Translations under genes and position numbers: made by a program
Source of the DNA: Eledone cirrhosa
Lineage: Eukaryota
NCBI GenBank assembly: GCA_964016885.1
Contig: OZ024756.1
Location: 40,548,001 to 40,612,000, forward strand
Length of the DNA: 64,000 bases
Direction: 5' to 3'
Notes under the pieces: model-generated
What the model saw: only the letters and a program-made list of their open reading frames with translations
What the model was told of the DNA's origin: nothing
Databases searched by the model: none
Part shown: positions 10,986-25,037 of the stretch, in pieces
Numbering within the stretch: the first letter of the stretch is position 1
How the letters are laid out: each line of letters opens with the position of its first letter

Positions 10986-13359
10986 GCTAAAACCTTTAAA
11001 TTGCAGCTCAGCGCAAGTACTTGCTTATGAGGAGCAAAGCAGATGAGGAGGAATGGCAGAAACAAGTGAATCTCTTAAAAGTTGATATGGAGACACAGAC
11101 AGGTGATTACAAGGCAATAAGTGCAGGTAAGTGATGTTACGGCCCTGGTGGCCAATAAAAGATTGTTATTATTATTATTACTAGTTGAATCCAACATTAA
11201 CTCCTACACCACTGTCAGTTAAGATAACATTAAGAACTTTACTTAAGATGGAAGATTTTAATCTAAAGACAAACATTTTATAAGGAGTAGTGTTATATGA
11301 TAAATGAAGGGCAGTTTTAAATAGTTTGGTATAAAAAAAGTTCCAGCAAGTTCTTCCACCTTGGACAGACTTATTTAAAATGGAGTTTGTACCTGATTTG
11401 TCCAGACTTTATCTTAGAACATTGCAGCAGTTTTAAACCCCTTTTATGGCCATTGTTTCATTGAATTGTGAGGTGAATGTGTACAGTATGTGTTTTGAGG
11501 TGTATGTGCTGTGCTGTATTGTGAGGTGAATGTGTCTGTGTTATGTTGTGTTCTGAGGTGAATGTGCTGTGCTGTGTTTTGAGGTGTATGTGCTGAGATG
11601 TGTTGTGAGGTGAATGTGACATACTTTTTCATCAAATATCTCCATAGATATGACACGGCAGTACAAAACACTGGAAGCAGAGATGACTGTAAGGATTCAT
11701 CTTTTGGAAACCGAAATGGCTCATTATAAACAAAAACTGAGTAAGTAATCTTCAGTTGTTTTATTTCCTGGTTTGGTTTAAAGATAGAATTACTTAGTTA
11801 TATATGGATGTTGTCATCAAAATTTAAGGAGTTCCTTCTTAGTAAGGAGTTCTCACAGCTGAATAACTAGTCCTAACTCTAAATACATGGCTTCATATAT
11901 AGTCTATATCAGAGGTCCCAAACACATGATCCCAAAACTACTTTTCTATGGCCCACTGCAGAATAATTTTTGTAAATAATATTTTGCTAAAACTTAGATA
12001 GACAGAGAGTCAGGCAGTTAGATAGGTAGGCAGACAGACAAAGAGACAAGCAGGTAGAAAGGAGACGTTTAAATAAGGTAACAAAACTTAAGACTGCTCT
12101 TCACAGGTGAAACTGAAGCAGAGGTGGAGGCAGCCAAAAAAGAAAGAAAGATTCTTTTTATGCAAAAACAAGACGAAATTGTACTCCTTAAACAAAAGAA
12201 GAAGGCAATGGAAAATTCCTTTGAAAAAGTACTTCATGTAAGGGTTTACAGATATATACTTAATCCCTAATTCTCATTTAACTAATTTCTTAAACTTGCT
12301 GTCATATATTTAACCCTCTATTAACATTAACCTCCCCCGTTCTTCTGTCTTTTGTTAAGATTCATTTTACAATTATTTCTAAGTATTTTTCTAACATCAA
12401 ATCACCCATCTTTACATCATCCTAACTTTAAACTATTAACTATTTCTCAATATTTAACTAACTTTAAACTATTAACTATTTCTCAATATTTAACTAATAT
12501 TTAAAATGCCCAAGGCATGCTGTATGTAACTACAGCAGCCCTACAACTCCATCAGGAGTTACAAATGCAGACATATATTCATAAATGATGGCTGTATCTC
12601 AATTTTGAGAACTGCTGTCACTTGATCCTTTTCTCATATATGGGTGGCACGTACATAACCTTTTAGCCCTACCAATGACTGACATTTCCTCTTGGTGGGC
12701 TCACGTGGAGTCGGACACCAAACCAAGTGTCCCTGCGCATACATACATAAATACACATATATACTAAGACACACACATGGTAAAAACCCACAAAATTATT
12801 GACCATCTTGCCAACAACAACCCTGAGTACCTTTTTGATTTCCATGTGTCTAACACACGTGGACATGCCAACAAAGTCAGAAACATTTTTTCACGCTCAG
12901 TGTTGTTGAAGTATGGAACAAACTCCCTGCATCCGTTGTCAGCTGTCGAGACACTGCATCCTTTAAAACCTCCATGCTTCCCGAGGTTTGCCAACACTAC
13001 ACCTAATATTCCCCTCCACACACACACGCACATGTATATCATGACTCGTACACTATTCACTTCCCTGACATTTGTATATTAATCTATGTACTATACATGC
13101 ACCTTTGATGAGTTGTAGTGCACCTGAGCACTGTACACAATAATTTCATTATTATTATTATTATTATGGGAATTTTTCATTGTTTCAATTTTCATTTTTA
13201 TTGTTTATATATATATATATATATATATATATGTTTCTATGTCTTTTTCTTTTCTTATATATATAATAAAAATCTTTACACGCACAAAACCCACATCGTA
13301 GTGTCCTGTGCCATCTGTAATGTTTTTCTTGATGTCAGCCCTTGTGGCCAATAAAGAAA

Positions 13360-13394
<35 letters not shown>

Positions 13395-13546
13395 CACAAA
13401 CATTTATTTATTTATTTTAGGAGGCTTTGGATAATCTTGTGTTGAAAGTGAACAGAGCAAACAAAGAGTGGGAGAAACGTTCCAGAATGATTCGACATAG
13501 CAACAAGAAAAATCTCCAAGATATAAATCCTCTCACTAATATCTGA
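10503..13546 (+). CDS. CCDC153: CCDC153 / DRC12-like coiled-coil protein, copy A (6 exons)
   Basis: Exons 10503-10557, 10783-10854, 11007-11126, 11648-11740, 12107-12237 and 13421-13546 are in frame. Lysine-rich N-terminus and DMTRQYKTLEAEM...IHLLETE motif are typical of CCDC153. Confidence 0.78.
12690..13165 (+). mobile_element. CR1/L2-clade LINE 3' end with (ATT)n tail; second copy on - strand at ~42745-43035
   Basis: THKII...SNTRGHANKV and, in a shifted frame, FFTLSVVEVWNKLPASVV...SFK, the characteristic CR1 ORF2 C-terminus. Confidence 0.75.
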
Positions 13547-13746
13547 TATTTTCCATCCACAATGTCTACTTTACAAGGTATCCCTTTATCATTGTCAGAA
13601 GACAATTGAGTCCCCTTAATATTCTGTCCTGATGAGGTTATTATTAAACAGTTAGGGATTTACTTAGACACTGTTGGTCTTCTGCACCTTTGCCATTGTA
13701 GTCACAAGTCCAACACTTTAACCACACAGCTATTTAACTTCATTAA

Positions 13747-14170
13747 CCCTTTAGCATTTATATTACTCTATATAATTGTTTATACTTTTGGTACAAGGCC
13801 AGCAATTATTCCAGTACATTACTGGTACTTTATTTTATCAACACCATAAGGATAAAAGGCAAAGTTTACCCTGGCGGAATTTGAACTCAGACTATAAAGG
13901 GCCGTAACTCTTTGCTGCAAAGCATGGCGTCCGACCCTCTACCGATACTGCCAATCCACTGCAGTATTTGTATTTGTGTCTTCAACCCTTTACTATTGTA
14001 TTTTCACGGTAAAGACTTTACCACACATAATATCAAATCTATGAGATTTTGATATTATTTATTTTGAAAACAATACTTTAACGTTGGTATGAGCAGCCAG
14101 TTATGGCTGGTTTGAACAGGAAGAGGTGAGAGAATTCTGGCCAGATATGACCAGTTTGAATGCTAAAGGG
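13747..14170. mobile_element. TTAA-flanked MITE (piggyBac-type) with a nested SINE (~13775-13965)
   Basis: TTAA|CCCTTTAGCATTTA ... AATGCTAAAGGG|TTAA termini; internal sequence matches 22247-22454 and 38635-38855 except for the inserted SINE. Confidence 0.8.
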
Positions 14171-14449
14171 TTAATATAGGAAGCAGGGATATATTTTTAA
14201 ATAAAAATGCTTAAAATGAAGGAAAACATTAAATAATAATTGTATCAAACAATTTACTTTAATTTTAACCATTCAAAGTTTTACATAATGGCTTCTAAAT
14301 ATAGCACAAGGTCAGCAATTTTAGGGCTGCGTTATGCAAAGTGTGAGATGAGATCAAATCAGACTGAGTTCAGCTGGTACGTTGAGTCATTATTTGTTGT
14401 AAACTGAACAGAGGTTGTAGTATATTTGAGTGAAGGTTGTGACATATTG

Positions 14450-15487
14450 TCAACTTGCTGTATTCTGCACGTTGGTCTGTGTTAAGTAGAACAAATGAAG
14501 GAATTCCCGCTGGCGCTGTGTAAGTTTTACATGTTGACATCTTGAGAGAATATAGTTCCATGCAGCTATGTCATCACATTGGTCCTTCTGTAAATAGATA
14601 GATAGACATACAGAGTGTAAATAGAAAGTTGCAGATAGCTCAGGAGGACACAGGCTTCAGTTATAGCAGAGCTACTTCAAGGAAGTGCCCCAGTATGGTC
14701 ACAGTTTAATGACTGAAACCAGCACTCCAAATAAAAACTGATACAGGGTAGAGAAGACGCTTTGGTCCGATAAGACGACAACTCTCGTGCTGTTGACATG
14801 AATAATGCATCCAGCCCCTGCTGTAAGGTGGTTGGTGAGAGGAAAGGCACTCAGCCAGTAAAACCTTGCCAAAAATATGCCAAGTACAACACATAAATCT
14901 CTTACTAATTGTGAAGGAGATGACAAAGGAATGTGACAAGGGGAGAGAGAAGCTGGACTGAGAAGGACCTGTTTAACCCATAAAAGTGTGGTACAACAGA
15001 CATAAAATAATGATGATGATGATGATGATATCATTTATGTATCAGTTATTACATTATAAATATCATTTATTATATCACATATATATCATTTATATATATA
15101 TATATCATATATATTATATATTATACAATATATTATATAGTATATATAATAAGTATAATTTATGATACCAGTAATATATGAGGAGACTCATATATCATTC
15201 ACAGTTTCTTTGAAGAAATAAAACCAACAACGTTTGTCTTTCAACAACAGGGAATGAAAGAAGATGAGGCTGACTTACCATCATGAGATAACAAGCAACA
15301 ATGATAGCACTTCTTGTACGACCAGCTTTACAGTGGACATAAACACACTGACCAATTTGTTGATATTGTCTAATGAACGACAGAGCTTCAGTGACCTGCC
15401 AAAAACTGGGAATTCCAAAGAAGTCTTCAACTTTTACTTGCAGAAAATCTACACCAAGATCATTCCATTCCTGATAAAGACAGCATT

Positions 15488-15536
<49 letters not shown>

Positions 15537-16428
15537 AGAGAGAGATGGGGGAGAGAAAGAGCAGTGTTGTGGTGAGAGAAATTAGTTGATAATTAATAAA
15601 ATATTTTTTTATAATTACATTCTTTTGTCATATTATTATTGTTTAGAGAAAACATAACAAAAACATACATACACATATATATATATACACATACATTATA
15701 TATATATACACATACAAACACATTCACATACATGCATACATACACACATATATATATATGCATACATACATATATATATATACACATACAAACACATTCA
15801 CATACATGCATACATACACACATATATATATGTATACATACATATACATACGCCTACACACATACTTATATATTGTGAGTGTAAATAGGTCATACCTGTT
15901 TTGATGGTGTAAAATGTTTTGTTTCAAAAGTCTCGTTAGTTGAGAGGACACCTCGGATGTTCTCCTTTTCAATTAGCTGCAATTAACAAACAGGTGAGAC
16001 AATTATAATATTAACACCTCAGTAGTGCACTGGTCAGGTGAGATGGGAGAGGTGGGACAGGTGAGATAATTATTATATGAACATTTCAGTAGATGATCCT
16101 GCGAGTGTGCAGGTGAAACTCCAGAGCAACAAGGCTCACCACTTAACCATTAATATATAAATCATGAACACCACAGAAATATGTATTACAGTTGATTCTG
16201 AATGAGTTCTGAATTTTTTGCAATTATCATTATTACATATTTATTAATATAGAATCTTACCTCTGTCGCCATTTGCCGAAATGGTAAGGCACCAAAGACA
16301 ATAGAGTTGTCTATACGAACATACCAAAGACGAAAGGAAGCTAAATATAAGGCATAATTGTAGAGCAGTGATGGATAAAATGCTACTTTGCTGAAGATTG
16401 ATGTTCCTATAGCTGAAAATTGATCCAT
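14450..16428 (-). CDS. PTPMT1: PTPMT1-like phosphatidylglycerophosphatase / dual-specificity phosphatase, paralog A (4 coding exons, ~192 aa)
   Basis: Exons 16428-16261, 15976-15896, 15470-15279 and 14587-14450, all phase 0. Motifs KVAFYPSL, WYVRID...GALPF, VEDFFGIP and [13 protein letters not shown]. Possible 5' UTR exon near 17461-17508. Confidence 0.9.
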
Positions 16429-17599
16429 TTTCTCTCTATATGTTCTGGTTTTCCAATGTGGAGCAGCTGCAGGTGCACCTAAAATGTAAGAAAATGTAGC
16501 TTTCAAACTTTCTCTACTAAGAGTTCCTTGAGTCTCCTGTCCCACCACACCAGAAACAGATTGGCCATGTTGTCATAATGGCCGCCCTCCCACTTCTTGG
16601 GCATATGTTTTGTTATTGAATTTAAACACATGGCTCTTTAGGATAGTTTTAGTACACGGGTGCAGATGCAAACGCATGCACAGACAGGGTGATGTACCAC
16701 AGATAGACAAGATAGGGTAAACAAAATAAGAGTAGAAAAAAGAGGAGGTACAGAGGGAAAGAAATAGTCACTGATGTGGTCACAGAATGTGTGACGAAAG
16801 AACTTTGATGAACTAACTAGTAACTAATAATAAAGCTGAAATGAAAATCAAATAGTGTGTGTTAGCAATACTAGTAACAGGACCATCTTTCTCTATATAT
16901 ATAGAGAGAGAGAGAGAAAGAGAGAAGAGGGAGGTGGTGGAAGTATACTGAATTAAATAAAATATGTATATATGAACCCATAACTCCTGATGGAGTCCTT
17001 GAGGTGCCATAGTGACATGCGGCATGTCTTGAGAGCATTTTAAACCTGGCAGACCCCTATCTTCTCTCCAGGTTTGAACACAACCAATTTCCTCCAAAGA
17101 AGGAGAGAGAGAGTAAGAAAGAGATATAGAGGAAGAATCGACGACCCTAGTATTAGACTGGTACTTTATTTATCAATCTCAAAAGGATAAAAGGTAAAGT
17201 TGACTTCAAATTAACTTATGAAAGTTGTAAAATCAAAACAGTATGTGTATGTATATAAGTGTGTATGTATCCAATGATGTAGACCAGTTCTTCTTTTGGG
17301 GTAAATGCATTCGATGTTCGGAAAGTGGGATTGGCTCCGTGCAAAGCCTTTCCACTTAAAAAAGCTTCAAACTTAAGTATCAAACGATGGCATTACTCGC
17401 AATTGAGTTGCAACCATCATCATCATCGTGTGTATGTTTAACAATATAAAACCAACTTACCTCAGTACACAAACCCTACACCACACAACCTCCAATTCAG
17501 TAAGATCCCTGCAAGTAAAAAATATAGATTTTGTTTTTCGTTTTGAATTTATTGTATTTTTTTTTCTCTTTTTGTCAGCTCTGTGTAAACAGTAAGAGA

Positions 17600-17990
17600 C
17601 ACCTTCAGCTGAGAGTTGAAGCAACTTCTGTGTTGCTGAGAGAGACCAGACAAGTTCTGTGTAGCTGAGGGACCAGGCAACTTCTTTGTAGCTGAGAGAG
17701 AACAGACAAGTTTTGTGTAGCTGAGAGAGATGAAGCAACTTCTGTGTAGCAGAGAGAGAGTCCAGGCAACTTCTGTGTAGCTGTGAGAGAGAAAGAGAGA
17801 GACCAGGCAACTTGTGTGTAGCTGAGAGAGAAAGAGGGAGAGACCAGGCAACTTCTGTGTAGCTGAGACCAAGCAACTTCTGTGCAGCAGAGACCAAGCA
17901 ACTTCTGTGTAGCTGAGACCAAGCAACTTCTGTGCAGCAGAGACCAAGCAACTTCTGTGTAACTGAGACCAAGCAACTTCCGTGCAACAG
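17600..17990. repeat. Degenerate ~26-35-bp minisatellite
   Basis: Repeated ACCAAGCAACTTCTGTGTAGCTGAG with variable (GA)n. Confidence 0.85.
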
Positions 17991-18377
17991 AGGGACCACG
18001 CAACTTCTAAGCTGGAAGGTTGAAACGTCTGATATTCTTTGTGTCTGGGACTCTACTGGTTTGAGGAAGTTACTTTGTATGGTTAGCTAACAATGTGTGT
18101 ATGTATGTATGTATGTATGTATGTATGTATGTACGTATGTGTGTACATGTATATATGTATGAGAACATATGTGTACGTGTTTGTATATGTATGTGTGCAC
18201 CTGTGTGCGTACATGTCTGTGTATATGTATATATGTATGTGTGACTGTGAATGTACATAGGTGTACGTGTGTGTATGTTTTGCACCCCCTCTATTTGACG
18301 TCATTCATTCTGATTCTCCTTCCCACACACTGGCCATTGTGGAACAGAAGTATTTCTCATGTGATGGGACGTCCCCT

Positions 18378-18815
18378 CACCACCACCACCTGACCAACAC
18401 CACCACCACCACAACCACCACTAACAACACCACCACCACCACCACAACCACCACCACCACCACCACCACCACCACCACCACCAACACCACCACCACCACC
18501 ACAACCACCACCACCACCACCAACAACACCTGACCAACACAACCACCACCACCACCACCACCACCACCACCACCACCTGACCACCACCACCACCACCACC
18601 TGACCACCACCACCACCACCACCACCACCACCACCACCTGACCACAACCACCACCACCACCACAACCAACACCACCACCACCACCACAACCACCACCACC
18701 ACCACCAACAACACCTGACCAACAAAACCACCACCACCACCACCACCACCTGACCACCACCACCACCACCACCACCACCTGACCACAACCACCACCACCA
18801 CCAACAACACCAATA
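18378..18815. repeat. (CCA)n-based microsatellite
   Basis: Long ACC/CCA runs punctuated by CCTGA. Confidence 0.95.
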
Positions 18816-18958
18816 ACCCTAACCATTTTCTGAAATATTCAGTTTGTTTCACTAAACAATAATATGACAATAGAATGTAATTATAAAAAAATGTTTTATT
18901 AATTACCAACTAATTTCTCTCACCTCAACACTTCTCTTTCTCTCCACCATTCCATCTA

Positions 18959-19253
<295 letters not shown>

Positions 19254-19650
19254 AAACTTTTAAAAAATTAACAAAGAGAGGACAAGACAACAAATCAAGA
19301 ACAATTTTTTAAGGAGAAACCTTAAAAAATTATTTTTAAAAAAATTAACATACAAAGGACACAGAACTCCAGGGTCATTGGCAGTTTTGACCCCTACCAA
19401 CAGTACTGCTGATCCACTCAGGGTCACAGCATCTGACATAAGCCAAATGCTGTCCAGTGGAGTAAGAGACGAGAGACAAAACATTAATTCATAGCAATTA
19501 AGCTACAACAAATACACATAGAACTTTATGTGACGTCAAGGAAATATATATATATATATATATGTAAAAGGTAAACAGAAATAACAACACAATTGGTACA
19601 GTATATGGAAGGGATATATTAGGTTAACGCTTGATATAGCAGGAAGAGGG

Positions 19651-19686
19651 TCTTAACGTTTCGGACGCTAGTCCTTCATCAGAAGA
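19651..19686 (-). ncRNA. Minimal (Penelope-type) hammerhead ribozyme motif
   Basis: The minus strand reads TCTT-CTGATGA-A-GGAC-tagc-GTCC-GAAA-CG-TT-AAGA: intact core, 4-bp stem II, palindromic AACGTT stem III, stem I TCTT/AAGA. Confidence 0.72.
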
Positions 19687-19823
19687 AAGAATGAGAAATA
19701 AGATAGATTGAGGGGACGGGCGGGTTGGAATTGGAAAAAATGTCTTTAGATAAAAATAACAGGTCCATTCATGTTGACATTTATTATATATATATATATA
19801 TATACCAACGCTATCTTTATCAG

Positions 19824-20015
19824 GAATGGAATGATCTTGGTGTAGATTTTCTGCAAGTAAAAGTTGAAGACTTCTTTGGAATTCCCAGTTTTTGGCAGGT
19901 CACTGAAGCTCTGTCGTTCATTAGACAATATCAACAAATTGGTCAGTGTGTTTATGTCCACTGTAAAGCTGGTCGTACAAGAAGTGCTATCATTGTTGCT
20001 TGTTATCTCATGATG
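19824..20015 (+). pseudogene. Orphan inverted duplicate of PTPMT1-A exon 3 (catalytic HCKAGRTRS exon)
   Basis: The 192-nt exon with AG/GT sites appears identical to the reverse complement of 15279-15470. Flanks match from ~19795 to ~20140; no matching exons 1, 2 or 4 are seen on the + strand nearby. Confidence 0.85.
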
Positions 20016-20866
20016 GTAAGTCAGCCTCATCTTCTTTCATTCCCTGTTGTTGAAAGACAAACGTTGTTGGTTTTATTTCTTCAAAGAAACTGTGAATGAT
20101 ATATGAGTCTCCTCATATATTACTGGTATAATAAATTACATATATCATATATACTAAAAAAAGACTAAAATCTGTCTCGAGCTTGAAGAATCATCAGTCT
20201 GGTGCTTATCCCGGTTTCCAGGGCAATTTGCGACTGAGAGCACAATATTCCTCACCCTGGAGAAAACACCAGTTCATTGGAGGGTTAAACCTCCAGCTGT
20301 TGCTGGTATTCATTTTCAGTTGAATATACTGGAGCAATGTGAAATGAAGTGTTTTGTTCAAGAACACAACATGCAACCCATCACAGGAATCGAACCCACG
20401 ACATTATGATTGTAAGTCCAACACCCTTACCACTACATCACATGCCTCTACATTACACAGCATAATATATTATATATATCGTATAATAGTGAAGGCGTGT
20501 GGCTGAGTGGTAAGAGAATTGGATTCACAATCGCGAGGTTGTAAGTTCGATTCCTGGACCGTGCTATGCGTTATGTCCTTGAGCAAGATACTTTATTTCA
20601 CATTGTTCCTTCTACCAGGAGTTGCGACCGAAAGAAAGTATTAGCAATTGGAAAGACCAACGGAAACATTGTTTCCTCGGTCCGATTTGACGAAAGTCGA
20701 TCGACTATATATATATTGTATAATATATGATATATATGAAGTGTAGAAATGAACTCATCAGTGTATGGTGTATATTATTGTGGTGTACATTACTGGGGGA
20801 ACATGGTTGTCTTGTGACAAAGATAAAGACATACCTTGTAAACTAGAAACCCTTGAAACAGAAATA

Positions 20867-23800
20867 TCAGATGTCTCGAGGGTTCAAGCCAAATTCTGAA
20901 AGTAGTTTCTTGTTTTTCGCTTGAATCATCATTTCACCTGGCTCCATCCGATCCCTCGATCTATTGATCTTCAACACAAGACTATCTAACGCATCCTGGA
21001 ATAAATCAATAAATAAACAATGTCTCATTTGTGGGATTGATTTTATTGATGCAATTCATCACCACCATCCTCCCCCTCACCACCATCACCACCACTACCA
21101 TTACTATCCTCCACCACATCATCACCACTACCACCCTCCCCCTCATCATCACCACCATTACTACCATCCTCCCCACCACTACCATCCTCCCCCTCCCCAT
21201 CATCACCACCACCACCACCACTACCATCCTCCCCCGACATCATCATCACCAACACTACCACTACCATCATCACTGCCACCACCACCACCACTACCATCCT
21301 CCCCTCACCACCACCACTACCATCCTCCCCCGACATCATCATCACCAACACTACCACTACCATCATCACTGCCACCACCACCACCACTACCATCCTCCCC
21401 CTCACCACCACCACTACCATCCTCCCCCGACATCATCATCACCAACACTACCACTACCATCATCACTGCCACCACCACCACCACTACCATCCTCCCCCTC
21501 ATCATCACCACCACCACCACCACCATCCTCCTCCGACATCATCACCAACACTACCACTACCATCATCACTGCCACCACCACCACCACTACCATCCTCGCT
21601 CGACATCATCACCACCACCATCCTCCCTCGACATCATCATCACCACCTACCACCACCACCACCACTGTCTTCCCACACCTCATCAGTCATGTACCTTTTC
21701 TCCCAAATCAAATAATGTTAACTTACAGTTTAACAAGCTGACAAACCTAGTTTTCAACACTTCTTGCTCTGATCACGCTACAAAAAATAAGCCTGCATTT
21801 TCCACTACACAGTTCACAATCATCCATGCCAATTATTGCGATTGGTCATAACATATGACCCTCACCACAACTTAAGATAGTTCTAATGGAAAATTTTAAT
21901 ATAATAAAACTTTGTATCCTAAAACTAAGGGTGGTTTCAAGTGGTTCAGTATCAGAATGGTTAATATTAGTTAAATATTGAGAGATAGTAGTTTAATGTT
22001 AGTTAAATATTGAGAGATAGGTAATAGTTTAATATTAGTTAAATACTGAGACAGTTAATAGTTTAATGTTAATTAAATACTAAGATAGTTAATATTTTAA
22101 AGTTAGGATAATATCAAAATGTAAAGATGGGTGATTTGATGTTAGAAAAATACTTAGAAATAATTGTAAAATGAATCTTAACAAAAGACAGAGGAACGGG
22201 GGAGGTTAATGTTAATAGAGGGTTAAATATATGACAGCAAGTTTAACCCTTTAGCATTTACATTATTCGATATATGTTATTGTATTTTCACAGTAAAGGC
22301 TTTATCTCACATAATATCGAATCTATGAGATTTTGATATTATTTATTTTGAGAACAATAACTTAACATCAGTATAAGTGGCCAGTTACAGCTGGTTTGAA
22401 CAAAAAGAAGTGAGAGAATTCTGGCCAGATACGGCCAGTTTAAATGCTAAAGGGTTAAGTACTTAGTTAAATGAGAATTAGGGATTAAGTATATGTCTGT
22501 GGACCCTTACATGAAGTACTTTTTCAAAGGAACTCTGTATCAAACTATTCTTCTGTTGAAGGATTTCCATTTCTCTGTCTCTTCCTTTTAAACTGAGTTT
22601 TGTGTCTTTTTGTATACTTAACAGTTCTGCTTCTGTCTCACCTGTGAAAAACAGTCTTAAGTTTAAGGTTCATGTTGTTCTTGAATAAATGTTGACCCCT
22701 TTCAAACCTCTCTGTGCCAACACAATGCTATTTAGTGCCCTAGGTTAGCTCTACAATTTGTTCCTGGCTATTTAGTGCCATAGACTAGCTCTACAATCTA
22801 CCCCTGGCTATTTAGTGCCATAGACTAGCTCTACAATCTACCCCTGGCTATTTAGTGCCCTAGACTAGCTCTATAATCTACCCCTGGCTATTTAGTGCCA
22901 TAGACTAGCTCTATAATCTACCCCTGGGTATTTAGTGCCATAGACTAGCTCTATAATCTACCCCTGGGTATTTAGTGCCATAGACTAGCTCTATAATCTA
23001 CCCCTGGGTATTTAGTGCCATAGACTAGCTCTATAATCTACCCCTGGGTATTTAGTGCCATAGACTAGCTCTATAATCTACCCCTGGGTATTTAGTGCCA
23101 TAGACTAGCTCTATAATCTACCCCTGGGTATTTAGTGCCATAGACTAGCTCTATAATCTACCCCTGGGTATTTAGTGCACATGACAAGCTCGATACTGTT
23201 GCTCCCACCACCTCTCACCCGGTTATGTATCTCACCCTACCTAATAAAATAGCTTGAACTTAGTTTGGTAAGCTGATGAACCTAGTGTTTAGCAGTTCTT
23301 GCTCCAACCACACTAAGACTGTATTACCCACTAGACAGTCCACACTCTACCATAACACTGCATGTGGCAAAGGTCTTGAGTGATTTATTCATTGATTACA
23401 AGAAATTATTAAGTTTAATAAAATTATACAAATTTGTGATTGTTTAAGTTTCACTGAACCAAAACAAGAAATAAAACAACTAAAGATACTTACTTAGTTT
23501 TTGTTTATAATGAGCCAGCTTAGTTTCTAAGATGTGAACCTTAACACTCATCTCTGTCTCCATTAACTTGTACTGTCGTGTCATATCTATGGAGATATTT
23601 GATGAAAAGTATGTCAACTTCACCTCACAACACAACACACAGCACACACCTCACAACACAACACAATACACAGCACATACACCTCACAACACAACACAAT
23701 ACACAGCACATACACCTCACAACACAACACATAGCACATATTCTACACTCACCTCACAACACAATACACAACACAGCACACACCTCACAACACAACACAA

Positions 23801-24479
23801 TACACAGCACATAGACCTCACCTCACAACACATAGCACATATTCTACACTCACCTCACAACACATACACCCCACAACACACCGCATACTCTACACATTCA
23901 CTTCACAACACAACACTAAAACACATAGCGTAGTGGATAGAGAGTTGGATTCAACTAATAATAATAATAATGTCATAGGAGTACTAGGTACTATCTTGAA
24001 GAGTTTCCAAGGATGGTTAAAGAACATTAGTCCAGCCCCTTTTTTTGGAACACTTCAAAAGGCATGCTTGCTGGGAACAGCAACAACCCTCCGAAACGTC
24101 CTGAATATCTGAGGCTGCAGGTAGCGACTTGATGTTCATTTGAAAAAAGCATTCCAGTTAAATAACATCAATTACTGAGACTCCAAGAAAATAATAATAA
24201 TAATTGTTTCTACTTTTGGCACAAGGCCAGCAATTACCCCAGTGCATTACTGGTACTTTAATTTATCGACCCCGTAAGGATGAAAGGCAAAGTTAATGAT
24301 TTCTTTTATTGGCCACCAGGGCCATAACATCACTTACCTGCACTTATTACCTTGTAATCACCTTTCTGTGTCTCCATATCAACCTTTAAGAGATTCACTT
24401 GTTTCTGCCATTCCTCGCCATCTGCTTTGCTCCTCATAAGCAAGTACTTGCGCTGAGCTGCAATTTAAAAGTTTTTGAT

Positions 24480-24515
<36 letters not shown>

Positions 24516-25006
24516 TACATATATATATGATCTCAGTTTGACAATCGCCACCGATGAATGTGAGAAAGTTCTCCAAGAAAGTTAACCAGGAATCTTTAAA
24601 ATTCTTCCCACTGAAGTTAACAAAGAACTTACTAGATCTACCAACTCATAATATTATAAAATTAAATCAAATTATTTAGAACTACAAGTGAAGTCATTGT
24701 TTTCCTTTTTTTCAAATATAAAAATATATATATATATATATATATATTTAAAGGTTAAACAAGGTTCAATGAATAAATCAAAGAATGAATTTTACAATAG
24801 ATTGGAAGCACTCAACAGATTGGTTTTCCGGAGTTATTAATATTAATTCAAAATATTAACAAAACAATCTACTATGTCAGGGTATGTCATGCATCATCTT
24901 ATTTTATCTGACGAGGACGTACTGTTGAAGTTAGCTCAGTACCTCTGAAATATGTATAATAAAATATACTTGATCACAAGAATGTCTATTTTTGTTAATA
25001 TTTTGA

Positions 25007-25037
<31 letters not shown>

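Noticed and set aside
13625-13660. CTGATGAG possible hammerhead
   Set aside because: No paired stem II and no GAAA at the right distance.
20494-20570. tRNA gene
   Set aside because: A/B-box head continues directly into SINE body sequence and does not form a complete cloverleaf; SINE head, as at 5692 and 26497.
20964-21851. His/Pro-rich extensin-like ORFs
   Set aside because: CAC/CAT microsatellite in CCDC153-B intron 5; similar artefacts at 18.3-18.9, 35.0-35.4 and 40.8-41.3 kb.
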